From an uncultured Bacilli bacterium (lineage in GTDB: Bacteria > Bacillota_I > Bacilli_A > RF39 > UBA660): a DNA stretch of 35,717 nucleotides. The position numbers were made by a program, and so were the translations under genes. The notes under the pieces are model-generated. The model was not told where the DNA came from. It saw only the letters and a program-made list of their open reading frames with translations, and ran no database searches. Within the stretch, counting starts at the first letter, position 1. Every line of letters starts with the position of its first letter. This document shows, piece by piece, positions 35,428 through 35,717 of this stretch. Where the stretch lies: positions 1 through 35,717 of the forward strand of contig CANPWK010000001.1 in NCBI GenBank assembly GCA_947584105.1, given 5' to 3'.

Positions 35428-35717
35428 ATGAATAATAATCAAAATAGTTGTGGAAATTTAGTAAAAAAAGCTTGTAAAAAAATAGAACATGATTCTAAAT
35501 ATGCATCCAATTTGTCAATGACAATAGTAGGTCCAACAGGGCCTACCGGTCCAACGGGCCCAACAGGTCCAACGGGTCCAACAGGCCCAACAGGTCCAAT
35601 GGGACCAGCTACCGTTTCAGTAGGTGAAACTACAACAGCAGCTCCAGGGCAAGTAGCTAATGTAATTAATTCTGGGACTAATACTGAAGCAGTATTAGAA
35701 TTTACTATCCCTCAAGG
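35428..35717 (+). CDS. Collagen-like triple-helix-repeat protein (BclA-like exosporium/surface protein), 5' fragment truncated by the window end
   Basis: AAAGGAGG SD then ATG. Translation is [34 protein letters not shown]-(GPT)7[42 protein letters not shown]. The GPT repeat block (35531..35608) is locally GC-rich with mixed synonymous codons. Confidence 0.8.
   Translation, partial: MNNNQNSCGNLVKKACKKIEHDSKYASNLSMTIVGPTGPTGPTGPTGPTGPTGPTGPMGPATVSVGETTTAAPGQVANVINSGTNTEAVLEFTIPQ

Noticed and set aside
1-35717. Alternative genetic code (TGA=Trp, Mollicutes-like), considered because of the extreme AT content and the small SRP RNA
   Set aside because: All long housekeeping ORFs (mfd 1097 aa, gyrA, gyrB, dnaX, mnmG) are intact under the standard code, with no in-frame TGA breaks. 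Sporulation genes are also present.
1-35717. CRISPR arrays, IS elements/transposases, prophage, integrases, tRNA or rRNA genes
   Set aside because: None found. There are no spaced direct-repeat arrays, no transposase-like or integrase-like ORFs, and no GC-rich structured segments of tRNA or rRNA type in the intergenic regions. The only structured RNA recognised is the SRP RNA.

Overview
This window is the chromosomal replication-origin region of a very AT-rich (about one-quarter G+C by eye), endospore-forming Firmicute using the standard genetic code. Two divergent housekeeping gene blocks meet at oriC (about 26.23-26.57 kb). The minus strand carries dnaA-dnaN-comK-recF-gyrB-gyrA-[small SRP RNA]-tadA-dnaX-ybaB-recR-bofA-holB-ricT-yabB-like MTase-cdd-rsmI-pth-mfd-spoVT-metG-[small ORF]-tatD-3D-domain protein-rsmA-spoIIR-MntP/YtaF. 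The plus strand carries rpmH-rnpA-yidC-jag-mnmE, then one opposite-strand hypothetical, then mnmG-rsmG-noc and the 5' end of a collagen-like GPT-repeat gene. I saw no rRNA, tRNA, CRISPR or mobile elements. The most interesting signals are outside the gene calls and concern the ParB/Noc chromosome-organisation system. (1) Seven parS centromere sites (TGTTTCACGTGAAACA and close variants) are packed into about 0.8 kb around tadA and the SRP RNA gene; they overlap the last codons of gyrA and tadA and abut the ribosome-binding sites of tadA and dnaX. (2) The only ParB-family gene present has Noc-type specificity residues, carries a ~300-aa Asn-rich insertion, lacks the usual N-terminal membrane helix, and is not followed by soj-spo0J. 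(3) A perfect Noc-binding palindrome (TATTTCCCGGGAAATA) plus arrays of TATTTCCC half-sites lie inside rsmI and across the noc promoter. Other notable points: comK sits between dnaN and recF behind two Spo0A boxes, oriC looks bipartite, and rnpA has no canonical start codon (probable ATT start). All calls come from reading the sequence and from remembered family motifs; no database search was run.
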